Source of the DNA: an uncultured Candidatus Saccharibacteria bacterium | GTDB taxonomy: Bacteria; Patescibacteriota; Minisyncoccia; Phycocordibacterales; VMEP01 | Direction: 5' to 3' | Assembly (NCBI GenBank): GCA_964361185.1 | Contig: CAYHZS010000002.1 | Location: 1-32,321, forward strand | DNA: 32,321 bases | Part shown: positions 1 through 8,180 of the stretch, piece by piece | Numbering within the stretch: position 1 is the first letter of the stretch | Layout: every line of letters begins with the position of its first letter | Translations under genes and position numbers: made by a program | The notes under the pieces: model-generated | What the model saw: the letters and a program-made list of their open reading frames with translations, nothing else | What the model was told of the DNA's origin: nothing | Databases searched by the model: none

Positions 1-1
1 A

Positions 2-1468
2 ATGTATTTTTTTGCGGGTAAAGAAGGCATCCCTCCTTTTAACGAAGGGTCTATGGTAGCTATGGTATTTTTGCCCCCCGGCACCGCTCTCTCTGTCACA
101 AATGACTACGTCATAAAACTTGAGAACGCCATAATGAAAGTGGATGGTATCCGTCAAGTCAGTCATATCGCTGGACGGGCTTCGGCGGATCCGCATGGGG
201 GAAGCGCGAACTCAAGCGAAGTACAGATTGCCATCAGTCCCGGTTTTGAAGGCGAATATAAAAGAATCTTCGGCGACGTGCAAACGATTCTTGATAAATT
301 CGGCAACGCGGATTTTAGTTTAGGGCAACCTATTACGCACAGAGTAGAGATGTTGCTTTCCGGAGTGCGCGCGCCAATCGTAGTAAAAGTATTCGGCGAT
401 GACCCCACGAGCATGGAGCGTGCGGCTAAGCAGGTCGTTACTGAACTGAAGAAGCAGAAGGGAATTTCAAACCCCCGTGTCCAGCAAAACACTATTGTGC
501 CCGAGTTTCGTATTTACGTTGACCAAAACCGCTTGGCGGAATATGGGTTGTCTTCCGGTTCCGTTGCGAGCGACATCGAAATGGGGTTGATGGGCGACAG
601 AATAGGACAGGTTCGTCTTGGTCCGGCATCCGTAAATGTCGTATCGTATTTCGACGTTGAGTCTAAGGGCTCAATGGAGTCCCTTCGCGACTTAGCGCTT
701 CCTTTCAGGGGGGCAGAATCACTCGGGAGCGTGGGCGATATTAGGATTGAAGGCGGGCGCAACAGCTTGGATCACGAAGGAGGAAAAAGAGTTCTGGTAG
801 TTTCAGCGAACTACCAAGGTTCCGATGTGGTGGGAGCTGTCGGAGGAGCAAAGTCAGCGATAGAATCGCAAAAACTTCCGGTGGGAGTCACCCTATCCTT
901 TGAGGGGAATTATAAAAGCCAGAAGGAAAGTTCACGGAGATTGGCTTTAGTTTTTATTGCGGGTGTTGTTATGATTTTCGGCATTCTATACCACGCTTTC
1001 AAATCAATCCCCGTAACACTTCTGGTCATGGCCAACATTCCCACGGTCTTGATCGGCGGAATGGTCGGCATATGGCTTACCGGAGGGTCCGTGAATCTTG
1101 CCCACATGGTCGGATTTATTTCTCTCGCGGGGATCGTGTCCAGGAATGGAATTATGTTGATAGGGCGGAGCTTGGCTCTGGTTCAAAAAGAAGGTCTTCC
1201 GTTTACTCCGGAAACAATTGTTAAAGCGACGCTTGACCGTGTTGTGCCGGTGCTAACGACTTCCCTGGTCGTAGTATTTGCTCTTGTACCGCTCCTCATT
1301 TCCGGAAGTGACCCGGGGAAAGAAATGCTCTATCCTTTAGCGGTAGTTATATTTGGTGGATTAATTTCTTCCACGATTATTTCTCTATTCTTAACTCCAG
1401 CGCTGTTTTACAAGTTCGGAGAAAAAGCGGCTCTGGACGGTCAAAAAGACACATCATCCGGCTTCTAA
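2..1468 (+). CDS. RND heavy-metal efflux pump, CusA/CzcA family, C-terminal ~488 aa (5' end outside window)
   Basis: The frame is open from the window edge. A periplasmic-loop-like segment is followed by multiple hydrophobic helices and the RND-typical stretch GFISLAGIVSRNGIMLIG. Stop is TAA at 1466-1468. Confidence 0.85.
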   Translation: MYFFAGKEGIPPFNEGSMVAMVFLPPGTALSVTNDYVIKLENAIMKVDGIRQVSHIAGRASADPHGGSANSSEVQIAISPGFEGEYKRIFGDVQTILDKFGNADFSLGQPITHRVEMLLSGVRAPIVVKVFGDDPTSMERAAKQVVTELKKQKGISNPRVQQNTIVPEFRIYVDQNRLAEYGLSSGSVASDIEMGLMGDRIGQVRLGPASVNVVSYFDVESKGSMESLRDLALPFRGAESLGSVGDIRIEGGRNSLDHEGGKRVLVVSANYQGSDVVGAVGGAKSAIESQKLPVGVTLSFEGNYKSQKESSRRLALVFIAGVVMIFGILYHAFKSIPVTLLVMANIPTVLIGGMVGIWLTGGSVNLAHMVGFISLAGIVSRNGIMLIGRSLALVQKEGLPFTPETIVKATLDRVVPVLTTSLVVVFALVPLLISGSDPGKEMLYPLAVVIFGGLISSTIISLFLTPALFYKFGEKAALDGQKDTSSGF

Positions 1469-1556
1469 CTTGATATGAAATATCATAGCTTAGGCAGGGA
1501 ACCGCCTTAAAAACAAATAGTGCTTATATTATTAAACTATAACTAAAAATAAAAAC

Positions 1557-1883
1557 ATGAAAAATATAATTGTCGGTGCTATCATCGCTCTCATTATAGG
1601 CGGTGCCGTGGGTTTCTTTGTGGGGAAGAATTCAGAAGTGTCGTCCGTGGACGCGAAGAAATTACAGGACGTAACCACTATGATGAATCAGCAATCATCC
1701 AGTATTAAACAAATGGGGGAGATGATGAGAACATATGGATTATCCGTGCAAGATATGGGTATGAAGTATAAAGATGAATCTTTGGTAGCAAGTGGTAAAG
1801 ACTTGCAGGCTATCGCAGAAAAATATCTAAACGAAAACAAAACCAAGTCGCAAGAAAGTGGAATGAAGCAGATGATGCAATAA
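1557..1883 (+). CDS. Small membrane-anchored Met-rich protein (hypothetical)
   Basis: N-terminal TM helix (IIVGAIIALIIGGAVGFFVG) followed by a soluble part. There are 11 Met in 108 aa, in MM / MxxMM / MGM clusters. It lies directly downstream of the RND pump and is followed by a hairpin terminator. Confidence 0.6.
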   Translation: MKNIIVGAIIALIIGGAVGFFVGKNSEVSSVDAKKLQDVTTMMNQQSSSIKQMGEMMRTYGLSVQDMGMKYKDESLVASGKDLQAIAEKYLNENKTKSQESGMKQMMQ

Positions 1884-1908
1884 CAAAAGTGTATACAACT
1901 GTTTCAAT

Positions 1909-1940
1909 TAAAAAACAGCCCCGATGGGGGCTGTTTTTTA
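1909..1940. terminator. Bidirectional intrinsic terminator between the Met-rich ORF (+) and idi (-)
   Basis: Stem CAGCCCC (1916-1922) pairs with GGGGCTG (1927-1933). An A-run lies before it and a T-run (1934-1939) after it. Confidence 0.7.
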
Positions 1941-1997
1941 GTGACATTAGTTGCAGGATTTTTCATTCGAAAAATATCTGTGACAGAATCATCAAAT

Positions 1998-2522
1998 TTA
2001 GAAAATAACACCGGCTTTCTCCGATTTTTTGAGCATTATCTTGAACCAGTAAGTATAATTTCCCGGATTTTGTCCGGTATCTTCTTTTAGCTTATCCATC
2101 GTTGTCCATTTCCAATCGTCCGCCTCCTCTGTGTTTAAAACAGGCTCGTCGTTGTACTCCCCCGAGAAAACATGAAGGAATTCATTTTCTTTTAGCCCTT
2201 TGTCCAGATTTGCCTGGTAGGTAAATGTAAGGATTTCTCGAAGTGGGCAATCAAAACCCATCTCTTCCTTTAACCTACGATGGGCGGCGGAGACAAGCTC
2301 CTCGCCGTCCCTTGGGTGCCCGCAACATGTATTGGTCCACAGCCCGCCACTGTGATATTTGCCCGAAGCTCTTTTCTGAAGCATCAGCTCTCCTTTAGTG
2401 TTAAAAATAAGAATGGAAAATGCCCGGTGCAGTAACCCCTTTTCGTGCGTTTCCATTTTACCCATTGTTCCTATTTGGGTATCATCTTCGTCCACCAATA
2501 TGACGTGTTCCTCACTTGGCAT
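1998..2522 (-). CDS. idi: Isopentenyl-diphosphate delta-isomerase, type 1 (Nudix fold)
   Basis: LLHRAFSILIFN...LWTNTCCGHP...NEF motifs are typical of type-1 IDI. Length is 174 aa. Confidence 0.85.
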   Translation of the reverse strand: MPSEEHVILVDEDDTQIGTMGKMETHEKGLLHRAFSILIFNTKGELMLQKRASGKYHSGGLWTNTCCGHPRDGEELVSAAHRRLKEEMGFDCPLREILTFTYQANLDKGLKENEFLHVFSGEYNDEPVLNTEEADDWKWTTMDKLKEDTGQNPGNYTYWFKIMLKKSEKAGVIF

Positions 2523-2542
2523 ATTCTGCTAATATATCAAAT

Positions 2543-3187
2543 ATGGACAAATTTGTAGAACTCCAAAAACTTGCGGACGAAATGCTAGCCGACAAAAATC
2601 TCCCCCTTGAAACAAATCTGGTTTTCGGCGAAGGAAATTCGGAGGCGGAAGTTCTATTTATCGGCGAAGCGCCGGGAGCGGAAGAAGATCGGCTTATAAG
2701 GCCCTTTGTCGGACGGTCGGGGCAATTACTTCGGAAAAATATTCGCGACATCGGCTGGAAAGAAGAAGATGTTTATATCACTAATATCGTAAAACGCCGG
2801 CCACCCGAAAATCGCGACCCGACCCCCGAAGAAATAGAGGCGTATAAGCCGTATCTCGCACGGCAAATTGAAATAATAAATCCGAAGATTATTGTGACAC
2901 TCGGTAGGTTTTCAATGAATTATTTTCTGCCTCTGGCAAAAGTTACTCGCGACCAAGGAAAACTTTTCCCGCTTGGAGAGAGATTTATCTATCCTATTCT
3001 TCATCCAGCCGCCGCCCTCCGCGGAAACGAGATGATGGGAATGTTTACGGGGAGTTTTAAGAAATTACCGGATGCGATAAAAAAATGTAAAGAACTTGAA
3101 ACAGGTGGTGCTGGAATGCCTGAAGAAAAAAACATTTATACTAAACAAAAAGAAGAAACACCAAAACAAACTGGCCTTTTTAAGTAG
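2543..3187 (+). CDS. Uracil-DNA glycosylase, family 4
   Basis: GEAPGAEED motif, FVGRSGQLL and HPAAALR motif B. The ORF track opens at a TTG (2516), but the ATG at 2543 is the more likely start. Confidence 0.85.
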   Translation: MDKFVELQKLADEMLADKNLPLETNLVFGEGNSEAEVLFIGEAPGAEEDRLIRPFVGRSGQLLRKNIRDIGWKEEDVYITNIVKRRPPENRDPTPEEIEAYKPYLARQIEIINPKIIVTLGRFSMNYFLPLAKVTRDQGKLFPLGERFIYPILHPAAALRGNEMMGMFTGSFKKLPDAIKKCKELETGGAGMPEEKNIYTKQKEETPKQTGLFK

Positions 3188-3232
3188 CTCACGATATACC
3201 AACATTCTGCAGAATATTGGTATATCGTGAGC
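3187..3232. repeat. 46-bp near-perfect palindrome centred on CTGCAG
   Basis: GCTCACGATATACCAAcATTCTG|CAGAATaTTGGTATATCGTGAGC has one mismatched pair. It starts at the last base of the UDG stop codon. No T-run follows. Confidence 0.85.
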
Positions 3233-3272
3233 GTGGTGGTGATACGGTAGATTTAGGATAAAATATATAATT

Positions 3273-3827
3273 ATGGCTTTGTATACAAAAAAGGGAGATA
3301 GCGGTACAACAGGAACATTCGGTTGCGACCAACGCATTTCCAAAAGCTCGGCTATAGCCGAAGCGCTTGGAACATTGGATGAGATAAATTCGTTTTTGGG
3401 TATCTGTAAAATTAAGTCGGATGTTACAAGCTATATGTTACAGGTTACACGAGTGAGCGATATAGCGAACGGCGTTCAGCAAAACCTTTTTATAATTCAG
3501 GCGGAATTGGCGGGGGCGGATAAAACTATAGCTAAAGATAAAGTTGAAGAAGTGGAAAAAATTATAGACGGCATTGAAAAAGAACTGCCACCAATAAAAA
3601 CTTTTTTTGTGTCCGGCGGTACGGAACTTGCGGCGACATTTGATTTCGCCCGCACGCTCGCGCGCCGAGCAGAGAGGCGGGTAGTGGAAGTTTCGGAAAA
3701 TGGAGACAGAAAAGTCGGCGAGCATACGCTAGCGTATTTAAACCGCCTTTCAAGTTTGCTTTACGCTTTGGCTAGACTTTCAAATCACGAGGCGGGGATA
3801 ACGGAAGAAAAGCCAGAGTATAAGTGA
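3273..3827 (+). CDS. ATP:cob(I)alamin adenosyltransferase, PduO type
   Basis: N-terminal YTKKGDSGTTG motif, the helical-bundle remainder and the RRAERR segment are typical of PduO/MMAB-type enzymes. Confidence 0.85.
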   Translation: MALYTKKGDSGTTGTFGCDQRISKSSAIAEALGTLDEINSFLGICKIKSDVTSYMLQVTRVSDIANGVQQNLFIIQAELAGADKTIAKDKVEEVEKIIDGIEKELPPIKTFFVSGGTELAATFDFARTLARRAERRVVEVSENGDRKVGEHTLAYLNRLSSLLYALARLSNHEAGITEEKPEYK

Positions 3828-3853
3828 GACTGCAAGACAATTTTTGTTTTTTA

Positions 3854-3888
3854 TTGTAGGTTATAAGTTGTGAGTTGTTAGTTTAGGT
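3854..3888 (+). repeat. Heptad array A: TTGTAGG TTATAAG TTGTGAG TTGTTAG TTTAGGT
   Basis: Five tandem degenerate 7-mers end 6 nt before tRNA-His. The array is about 80 percent identical to array C upstream of rplK. Confidence 0.8.
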
Positions 3889-3894
3889 AGATAT

Positions 3895-3967
3895 GGTGCC
3901 TATAGTGTAATGGTTAGCACTAGAGATTGTGGATCTCTCAGTCTGGGTTCAAATCCCAGTAGGCACC
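3895..3967 (+). tRNA. tRNA-His (anticodon GTG) with genome-encoded G-1 paired to C73; CCA not encoded
   Basis: Hand-folded cloverleaf. Acceptor GTGCCTA pairs with TAGGCAC, and D stem GTGT with GCAC. Anticodon stem AGAGA pairs with TCTCT around loop TTGTGGA. T stem CTGGG pairs with CCCAG around loop TTCAAAT. Confidence 0.88.
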
Positions 3968-3986
3968 CAATTCTAAATTTTCAAGT

Positions 3987-4337
3987 ATGGACAAAATCCG
4001 CATAGACAATTTGGTTTTCTCCGGCAAGCACGGCGCTTACAAAAAAGAGCGTAATGTGGAGCAGGAATTTGAAGTTTACGTGGAAATATCTTTTGACGCG
4101 ACTCTTTCGGCGCGAACCGACAAGCTAGAAGACACTGTTGATTATTCCGGCATGAAAAATTCCGTGCGCGAAATCATCGAAGGGAGCTCGTGCTACCTAA
4201 TAGAAAAATTGGCAAGCAATATAGCGGATAAAATACTCTTGGACAAAAGAATTGCAGGTGTTTCCGTCATGGTCAAAAAAACCAGCGTGTGGGACAACGG
4301 AGCACCCTCGGTCACCGTAAATAAGAGCAGGAGATAA
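3987..4337 (+). CDS. folB: Dihydroneopterin aldolase
   Basis: IRIDNLVFSGKHGAYKKERNVEQEFEVYVEI...DTVDY...LIEKLA pattern of FolB. Length is 116 aa. Confidence 0.8.
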   Translation: MDKIRIDNLVFSGKHGAYKKERNVEQEFEVYVEISFDATLSARTDKLEDTVDYSGMKNSVREIIEGSSCYLIEKLASNIADKILLDKRIAGVSVMVKKTSVWDNGAPSVTVNKSRR

Positions 4338-4379
4338 TCCGGATTGGAAAGTCCGAGCTTTTGCTATACTTTCGAATAA

Positions 4380-4928
4380 ATGAAGTGGTACATACATTTG
4401 ATTAGGGACTTACTAATATTTTCTTTAAGCGTAGTCTTCGCGCTTTTTTTAATAAAAATAAACGTCTTTGAACGTATTCTCCAATCGACAAGCGAAATAC
4501 GATTTTTGAGCGTTTTTGTCGCAGGGTTGTTTTTTACTTCTCTGGTGACGCTTCCGGTTTCTATTGTGGCTCTGGTAGAGCTTTCGGGCATTGTCCCGCT
4601 TGGAGAATTGGTTTTAATTGGAGCTATCGGTGCGCTAATTGGCGACCTGATACTTTTCTATTCCGTGCGTGGTCATTTTTCACATGACTTTGAACTTTTA
4701 AGCCACAGGCCCGTATTTGAGCGTCTGGCTAAGGTAATGCACCTTAATATGTTCAAATGGACAATACCATTTATTGGCGCGCTAATCATTGTTTCGCCTT
4801 TTCCGGATGAGATAGGTTTGGCCATGCTTGGCATAGCAAGAACCAAATTATCGGCGCTCGTTCCCATATCTTTGAGTATGAATGCACTAGGAATACTGAT
4901 TATAGCGGGTTTCTCAATCATCTGGTAG
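4380..4928 (+). CDS. Polytopic membrane protein, DedA/VTT-domain-like
   Basis: About five hydrophobic helices plus an IGALIGDLILFY motif resembling DedA/TVP38 family proteins. Confidence 0.5.
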   Translation: MKWYIHLIRDLLIFSLSVVFALFLIKINVFERILQSTSEIRFLSVFVAGLFFTSLVTLPVSIVALVELSGIVPLGELVLIGAIGALIGDLILFYSVRGHFSHDFELLSHRPVFERLAKVMHLNMFKWTIPFIGALIIVSPFPDEIGLAMLGIARTKLSALVPISLSMNALGILIIAGFSIIW

Positions 4929-4997
4929 CTTTGAGTTTTGGGTTGTATAATACAGATTATTCCTCGGATAGCGATTAATAAAATAAACAATAATAAT

Positions 4998-5486
4998 ATG
5001 ATTGGAAAATGCGAATCAGATTCTTGTGGGGCTTGCGGGAGGGGCTGGTGCAAAATATTAATACGAGTGCTTGTAGCGGCAATATTTATTTATGCTGGTT
5101 ACAGCAAAATTACCGATATTGCCGGTACATCCGGGTATATTGCAAGCATTATGGGTGTATCAGCCGGCACGGCGACTTTTTTCGCCTGGGCTTCGGGTTT
5201 GCTTGAGCTAGTTGCCGGCGTTCTTTTAGTCGTCGGCTCTTGGGGAAAACGCTACTCTGCCTGGTTTTTGGTAGCCTTTACTCTCGTGGCCACCTACTTT
5301 TTCCATTTGAAGGGTGCTTTAGCCGGAGATTCCATGCAGTGGGTGCAAGTTCTTAAAAATTTGGCTATTATCGGAGGACTTGCGATGTTGGGCGGTTGTG
5401 TTTGCGGACGCTACGGCTTATGCGGAAAGGAGTCATGTGGCAAATGCGAAGAAGGAAAGTGCGAGCACCACGAGGATAAAAAATAG
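4998..5486 (+). CDS. DoxX family membrane protein with Cys-rich N- and C-terminal tails
   Basis: The DoxX-like core is AAIFIYAGYSKI...LLELVAGVLLV. The N-terminal tail is CESDSCGACGRGWC. The C-terminal tail is GGCVCGRYGLCGKESCGKCEEGKCEHH. The ATG at 4998 is preferred over the TTG at 4938, which lies inside a TATAAT box (4946-4951). Confidence 0.75.
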   Translation: MIGKCESDSCGACGRGWCKILIRVLVAAIFIYAGYSKITDIAGTSGYIASIMGVSAGTATFFAWASGLLELVAGVLLVVGSWGKRYSAWFLVAFTLVATYFFHLKGALAGDSMQWVQVLKNLAIIGGLAMLGGCVCGRYGLCGKESCGKCEEGKCEHHEDKK

Positions 5487-5501
5487 CTAAAATTTAGAAA
5501 A

Positions 5502-6140
5502 ATGAAAGGAGCTGTTATTTGGGGAACAGTAGTATTAGTACTAATAGGGACAGTTTTTGGCGTGGCTTGGCTTGCTAAAGCGCCCTCTTCCGGCACGGCT
5601 TTGACAATTCCGGAAATTTCCACCGCTGATCAAACCCGCGGTCCCAAAGATGCCAGAGTGGTCTTGGTTGAATACAGCGATTTCCAGTGTCCGGCTTGCG
5701 GAGCTTTTTTCCCCCGCCTGGAAGACCTAAATAAAGAGCTTGAAGGAAAAATCCTATTTATTTACAGAAATTTTCCGTTGCCCCAGCACAAAAACGCCGA
5801 ACTTGCCGCTTATGCCGCTGAAGCGGCCGGCAGGCAAGGAAAATTTTGGGAGATGCACTCCGTTCTCTTTGAAAAACAGAGCGAATGGTCGGAGCTCGCT
5901 GATGCCAAAGAGACATTCTACAAATACGCGGAATCAATCGGTTTGGATACGGGTTCTTTTAAAGCCGAGATGAATTCCGGAGAAGTCAAAGCCAAAATTT
6001 CGACAGATCGCGAGGGTGGCAGGCGCGCCTCGGTCAATTCAACCCCGACATTTTATTTGAATGGAAAGAAAATGGAAGGATATAATTCATATGATGATTT
6101 CGCAAAACAAGTCAGAGATGCCGTACAAAACAATCCCTAA
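5502..6140 (+). CDS. DsbA-like thiol:disulfide oxidoreductase (membrane-anchored thioredoxin fold)
   Basis: N-terminal TM helix, a CPAC active site within YSDFQCPACGAF, and a TPTFYLNG cis-Pro region. Confidence 0.85.
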   Translation: MKGAVIWGTVVLVLIGTVFGVAWLAKAPSSGTALTIPEISTADQTRGPKDARVVLVEYSDFQCPACGAFFPRLEDLNKELEGKILFIYRNFPLPQHKNAELAAYAAEAAGRQGKFWEMHSVLFEKQSEWSELADAKETFYKYAESIGLDTGSFKAEMNSGEVKAKISTDREGGRRASVNSTPTFYLNGKKMEGYNSYDDFAKQVRDAVQNNP

Positions 6141-6585
6141 TGCATTTGCCTGGGCAATTTTGGCCGTTGGCTTTTTGGGTTTTGTCGACGCGTTATATCT
6201 TACCGCCAAAAGGTTCCTTGGTTCGCCTCTCCAGTGTTATTTTTTTGGGGGATGCGACGCGGTTAACTCAAGTCCATACTCGAACCTCTTAGGAATACCC
6301 CTTTCTCTCTACGGCTCTGTGTTTTATCTCTTGGTTGTTCTGACCGCCGTGTATTATCTGCAAAGCAAAAATCCGGTAGCGGTGAAGGCTCTTATGGCAC
6401 TTACAACACTCGGCTTTCTTTTTGCCTGTTATACCTTCTCACTCCAGGCTTTTGTGATAAAAGCGTATTGTTTCTATTGCGTGCTTTCTATGGTGACCTC
6501 TACGGCAAATTTCGTTCTTATGTTTATCGCCTGGAAAAAATATTTCTCCAAAGAATCTAACACTCTGTCCGAAGAAAAAATTTAG
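6118..6585 (+). CDS. Vitamin K epoxide reductase (VKOR) family protein
   Basis: Four TM helices, a loop Cys pair (LQCYFFGGCD) and a CFYC active-site motif. The start is chosen at MPYKTIP. It overlaps the DsbA-like gene's end by 23 nt. Confidence 0.8.
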   Translation: MPYKTIPNAFAWAILAVGFLGFVDALYLTAKRFLGSPLQCYFFGGCDAVNSSPYSNLLGIPLSLYGSVFYLLVVLTAVYYLQSKNPVAVKALMALTTLGFLFACYTFSLQAFVIKAYCFYCVLSMVTSTANFVLMFIAWKKYFSKESNTLSEEKI

Positions 6586-6602
6586 AGGGTTATATAAAAA
6601 AC

Positions 6603-6634
6603 AATGGGGCGGTGTCGATTAAGACCGCCCCATT
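6603..6634 (-). terminator. Intrinsic terminator for the minus-strand orphan (also closes the VKOR gene)
   Basis: The 11-bp stem AATGGGGCGGT pairs with ACCGCCCCATT. The T-run follows on the minus strand (A-run 6595-6601 on plus). Confidence 0.7.
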
Positions 6635-6643
6635 CGCGCCCTC

Positions 6644-6979
6644 TCATATTTCGGCCTCTTTTTTCACGGCCTTGAGCTTTGGTCCTGCCAGGAAATCCGC
6701 GTGTTCGCGTATGGGCGCCAGTACCGTGCCGATTACCGCGCGCGCGGGAAAGAGGGGAATTACTACTTCTACTCCTTCCGCGAACCTGTCCCAAAGTGAA
6801 CACCATTCCCTGAGGACTGAAGCAATCACTTTGAGCGGTGGTTCGGGTGCCCGCAATCCGTTTTGGACGGTTTCAGAAAACGCTTCATGGGCTACTTTTG
6901 CCGTTGCGTCCACCCATGCTTCTGTGCCAATGTCTTCCATTTTCCACTTTCTATGGGCCATATCCAGAGCGCTTTTCAT
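6644..6979 (-). CDS. Hypothetical protein, 111 aa, GC-richer orphan
   Basis: Balanced amino-acid composition, AAGGA located 9 nt upstream of the ATG, and its own terminator. The overlapping plus-strand ORF 6612-7016 has antisense-like Ala/Ser/Arg-rich composition. Confidence 0.55.
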   Translation of the reverse strand: MKSALDMAHRKWKMEDIGTEAWVDATAKVAHEAFSETVQNGLRAPEPPLKVIASVLREWCSLWDRFAEGVEVVIPLFPARAVIGTVLAPIREHADFLAGPKLKAVKKEAEI

Positions 6980-7120
6980 GATGAGGATTCCTTATCAAGG
7001 GATACATCTACAGTAATTGTGAAGCAATAGCTTTTTCTATGCAACCCCAGAAGTAAAGGTTACCGCAGTACTAGAGAATACTCAGTACACGGCAAGCTCA
7101 CTATGGGGCAGGCGCACCTA

Positions 7121-7129
7121 TGTTATAAT
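7121..7129 (+). promoter_or_regulatory. Extended -10 promoter element TGtTATAAT upstream of the SIMPL gene
   Basis: Exact TGnTATAAT match located 30 nt before the ATG at 7159. Confidence 0.5.
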
Positions 7130-7158
7130 TACTATGTTAATAAATAATCCATAAAAAT

Positions 7159-7992
7159 ATGTTTGATATATTCAATTTTAAAGAGAAGTGGATGGGTGAA
7201 ATAGATTTGAGGAAACGCAGACTGCTTTCTTTGACCACGGTCACGGCGGTTTTAATAGTAGTTTATCTTGCCTCGCTCACGTTAAGTGAAATAAAGCAAT
7301 ACGGCTACATCGGCGCCGGTGTTCAGCCGACAAATGTAATAAACGTAAGTGGTGAAGGAGAAGTTTTTGCTGTGCCGGACATCGCGGAGATAAGTTTTTC
7401 GGCGCAAGTGGAAGGTAAATCGGTTACGGACGCACAGAAAAAAGTAACCGACATAATGAATCCGGCGATAGAATTCCTGAAGAAGTCTGGGGTAGCCGAG
7501 AAAGACATAAAAACAAGCGGTTACTACGCAAATCCGCAATATGATTACGTAAGAGACGGGGCGGAGCCAATGATTTATCCACCCGTGCCCGGCAAAAGAG
7601 TTCTTACCGGCTACAACGTAACGCATACAATCACGGTAAAAATCCGCGATACCGATAAAGTGGGAGCAATAATTGACGGGCTGGGAAAACTTAAAGTTAC
7701 CGATTTGTCCGGACCTAATTTTTCAATTGATGATGACAACGCGCTCAAGGCTGAAGCCAGAAAGAAAGCGATTGATGACGCTAAGGCCAAAGCAAAAAAA
7801 TTGGCGGATGATTTGGACGTTCGGTTAGTGAGGATTGTTAGCTTTTCCGAAGGCGGAAACTATCCGGTTTATTACGCCAAAAGTATGGCGGTAGGAATGG
7901 GTGGCGGTCCGGAAAGTGCGCCTGTTCCAGATATGCCGAAAGGAGAAAATAAAATCACTTCAAGTGTGACTGTTACTTACGAAATAAGATAG
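7159..7992 (+). CDS. SIMPL domain (DUF541, BP26-like) envelope protein
   Basis: N-terminal TM anchor. LTGYNVTHTITVKIRD...GAIIDGL...ARKKAIDDAKAKAKKLA is typical of SIMPL/DUF541. The start could instead be the ATG at 7192. Confidence 0.8.
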   Translation: MFDIFNFKEKWMGEIDLRKRRLLSLTTVTAVLIVVYLASLTLSEIKQYGYIGAGVQPTNVINVSGEGEVFAVPDIAEISFSAQVEGKSVTDAQKKVTDIMNPAIEFLKKSGVAEKDIKTSGYYANPQYDYVRDGAEPMIYPPVPGKRVLTGYNVTHTITVKIRDTDKVGAIIDGLGKLKVTDLSGPNFSIDDDNALKAEARKKAIDDAKAKAKKLADDLDVRLVRIVSFSEGGNYPVYYAKSMAVGMGGGPESAPVPDMPKGENKITSSVTVTYEIR

Positions 7993-8011
7993 GATAATAG
8001 GCGATTACATC

Positions 8012-8049
8012 AAAAAAACACCCCCAGCATACATCGGGGGTGTTTTTTT
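8012..8049 (+). terminator. Intrinsic terminator after the SIMPL gene
   Basis: ACACCCCC pairs with GGGGGTGT, flanked by an A-run and a T-run (8044-8049). Confidence 0.75.
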
Positions 8050-8086
8050 GGCCCATTGACTTCTATCCAGGGTAGAGTAAAGTGTT

Positions 8087-8110
8087 AAAAAAGGCCCCGG
8101 GGCCTTTTAA
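8087..8110. terminator. Palindromic GC hairpin AAAAAAGGCCCCGGGGCCTTTT
   Basis: Perfect palindrome with flanking A and T runs. A TTGACT-16-TAAAGT promoter-like pair precedes it (8057-8084). Confidence 0.5.
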
Positions 8111-8180
8111 AAATGTTTAGAAATTTAAGGAGCGGAGTGGTTAGATTTACTAGGACACACTTCGTTCTTCAAGAAAATAT

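Noticed and set aside
3854-3888. Heptad arrays considered as CRISPR or other long tandem-repeat loci
   Set aside because: The units are 7 bp, degenerate and contiguous with no spacers. Arrays are only 28-70 bp long. No cas genes are present.
6612-7016. 134-aa plus-strand ORF overlapping the minus-strand orphan
   Set aside because: Its Ala/Ser/Thr/Arg-rich composition is typical of an antisense frame of a GC-richer gene. It has no SD. The hairpin at 6603-6634 has its T-run on the minus strand, and the minus ORF has AAGGA upstream.
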